Part shown: one piece after another, positions 63,401 to 64,000 of the stretch
Layout of the letters: the number at the start of each line of letters is the position of its first letter
How positions within the stretch are numbered: the stretch's first letter is position 1
Assembly (NCBI GenBank): GCA_036172245.1
Contig: JAYWIR010000001.1
Coordinates: 9,300,001-9,364,000 of the forward strand
Direction: 5' to 3'
Source of the DNA: Raillietiella orientalis
Taxonomy: Eukaryota
DNA: 64,000 nt
Translations under genes and position numbers: made by a program
Notes under the pieces: model-generated
Told to the model about the DNA's origin: nothing
Databases searched by the model: none
Seen by the model: the letters and a program-made list of their open reading frames with translations, nothing else

Positions 63401-64000
63401 AATTCGTATTCCCTTCCCTAGCATGGTACGAAAAACGGACTTTTCATCCTCCCACGGATTTAGCATCCATGGGACGCCAAAAGTTTTATTTGGCTGAAAC
63501 GGTTCTGGAATGAAACTGGCTTTAAAACCGCATTTGGTTTACGAGCGAGAGAAGCTCCAAAGACTTCTCCAAGTTCCCCTGTGGAATACTGCAGTAACGG
63601 AATGGGGGTGGGTGGGGGATGGTAGCAGTCAAGCTACTACATCGCTTGCTGGTGCCTAAGGTCGCTCCAAATCCTCTCCCCAATTTTTACACAGAAACAG
63701 AAACTTCTTTCAGATGATTCCAGAGTTCGAAGAGTTCCCTCGTGCCCCACGAAGAGGCGAGGGGGCCGCTGCACTTTAGCGAGGGAGGGTAAAGGCAAGA
63801 TGAGTGCGTAACTTCTTTCGAGGAAGCGTCATCGAGGTCATCAAACTCTCAAGCGTCATCGAAACGAAAGTCAGCGTTCTCGGCGGAATGATAAGCCAAT
63901 TAATAAAAAGAACACATTAAGATTCTTTGGAAAATTTCAGATCCACAAAAGTCATTGAAATGTTTTAAAGAAAAAACATGAATAAACTGGAAGGTCAGGA

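Overview
Eukaryotic, almost certainly animal, genomic DNA with spliced genes. Introns are bimodal: minimal 42-44 nt introns plus multi-kb introns filled with retroelement debris. Recognisable host genes are the last exon of a Ly6/three-finger GPI-type protein, a complete 4-exon longin R-SNARE (VAMP7), a divergent CTC1-like gene, ACBP/DBI, ICE2 (NARG2) and HROB (C17orf53). A few spliced regions remain unidentified. Mobile DNA is dominated by two L1/Tx1-clade LINE families: A (GC-rich) and B (more A-rich). There is one long decayed ORF1+EN+RT element fused mid-RT to a family-B element, and eight further 5'-truncated 3'-end copies, four with visible target-site duplications. The most notable signals are three. 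(i) The LINE copies lack long poly(A) tails and end in a conserved AATAAA+hairpin, with a further conserved 3'-UTR stem-loop. (ii) A third repeat family (C) carries an internal tRNA-like A/B-box module followed by a recurring peptide-like segment. (iii) A run of five hairpins lies at 18.4-18.6 kb. All homology calls come from motif recognition by eye; no searches were run.
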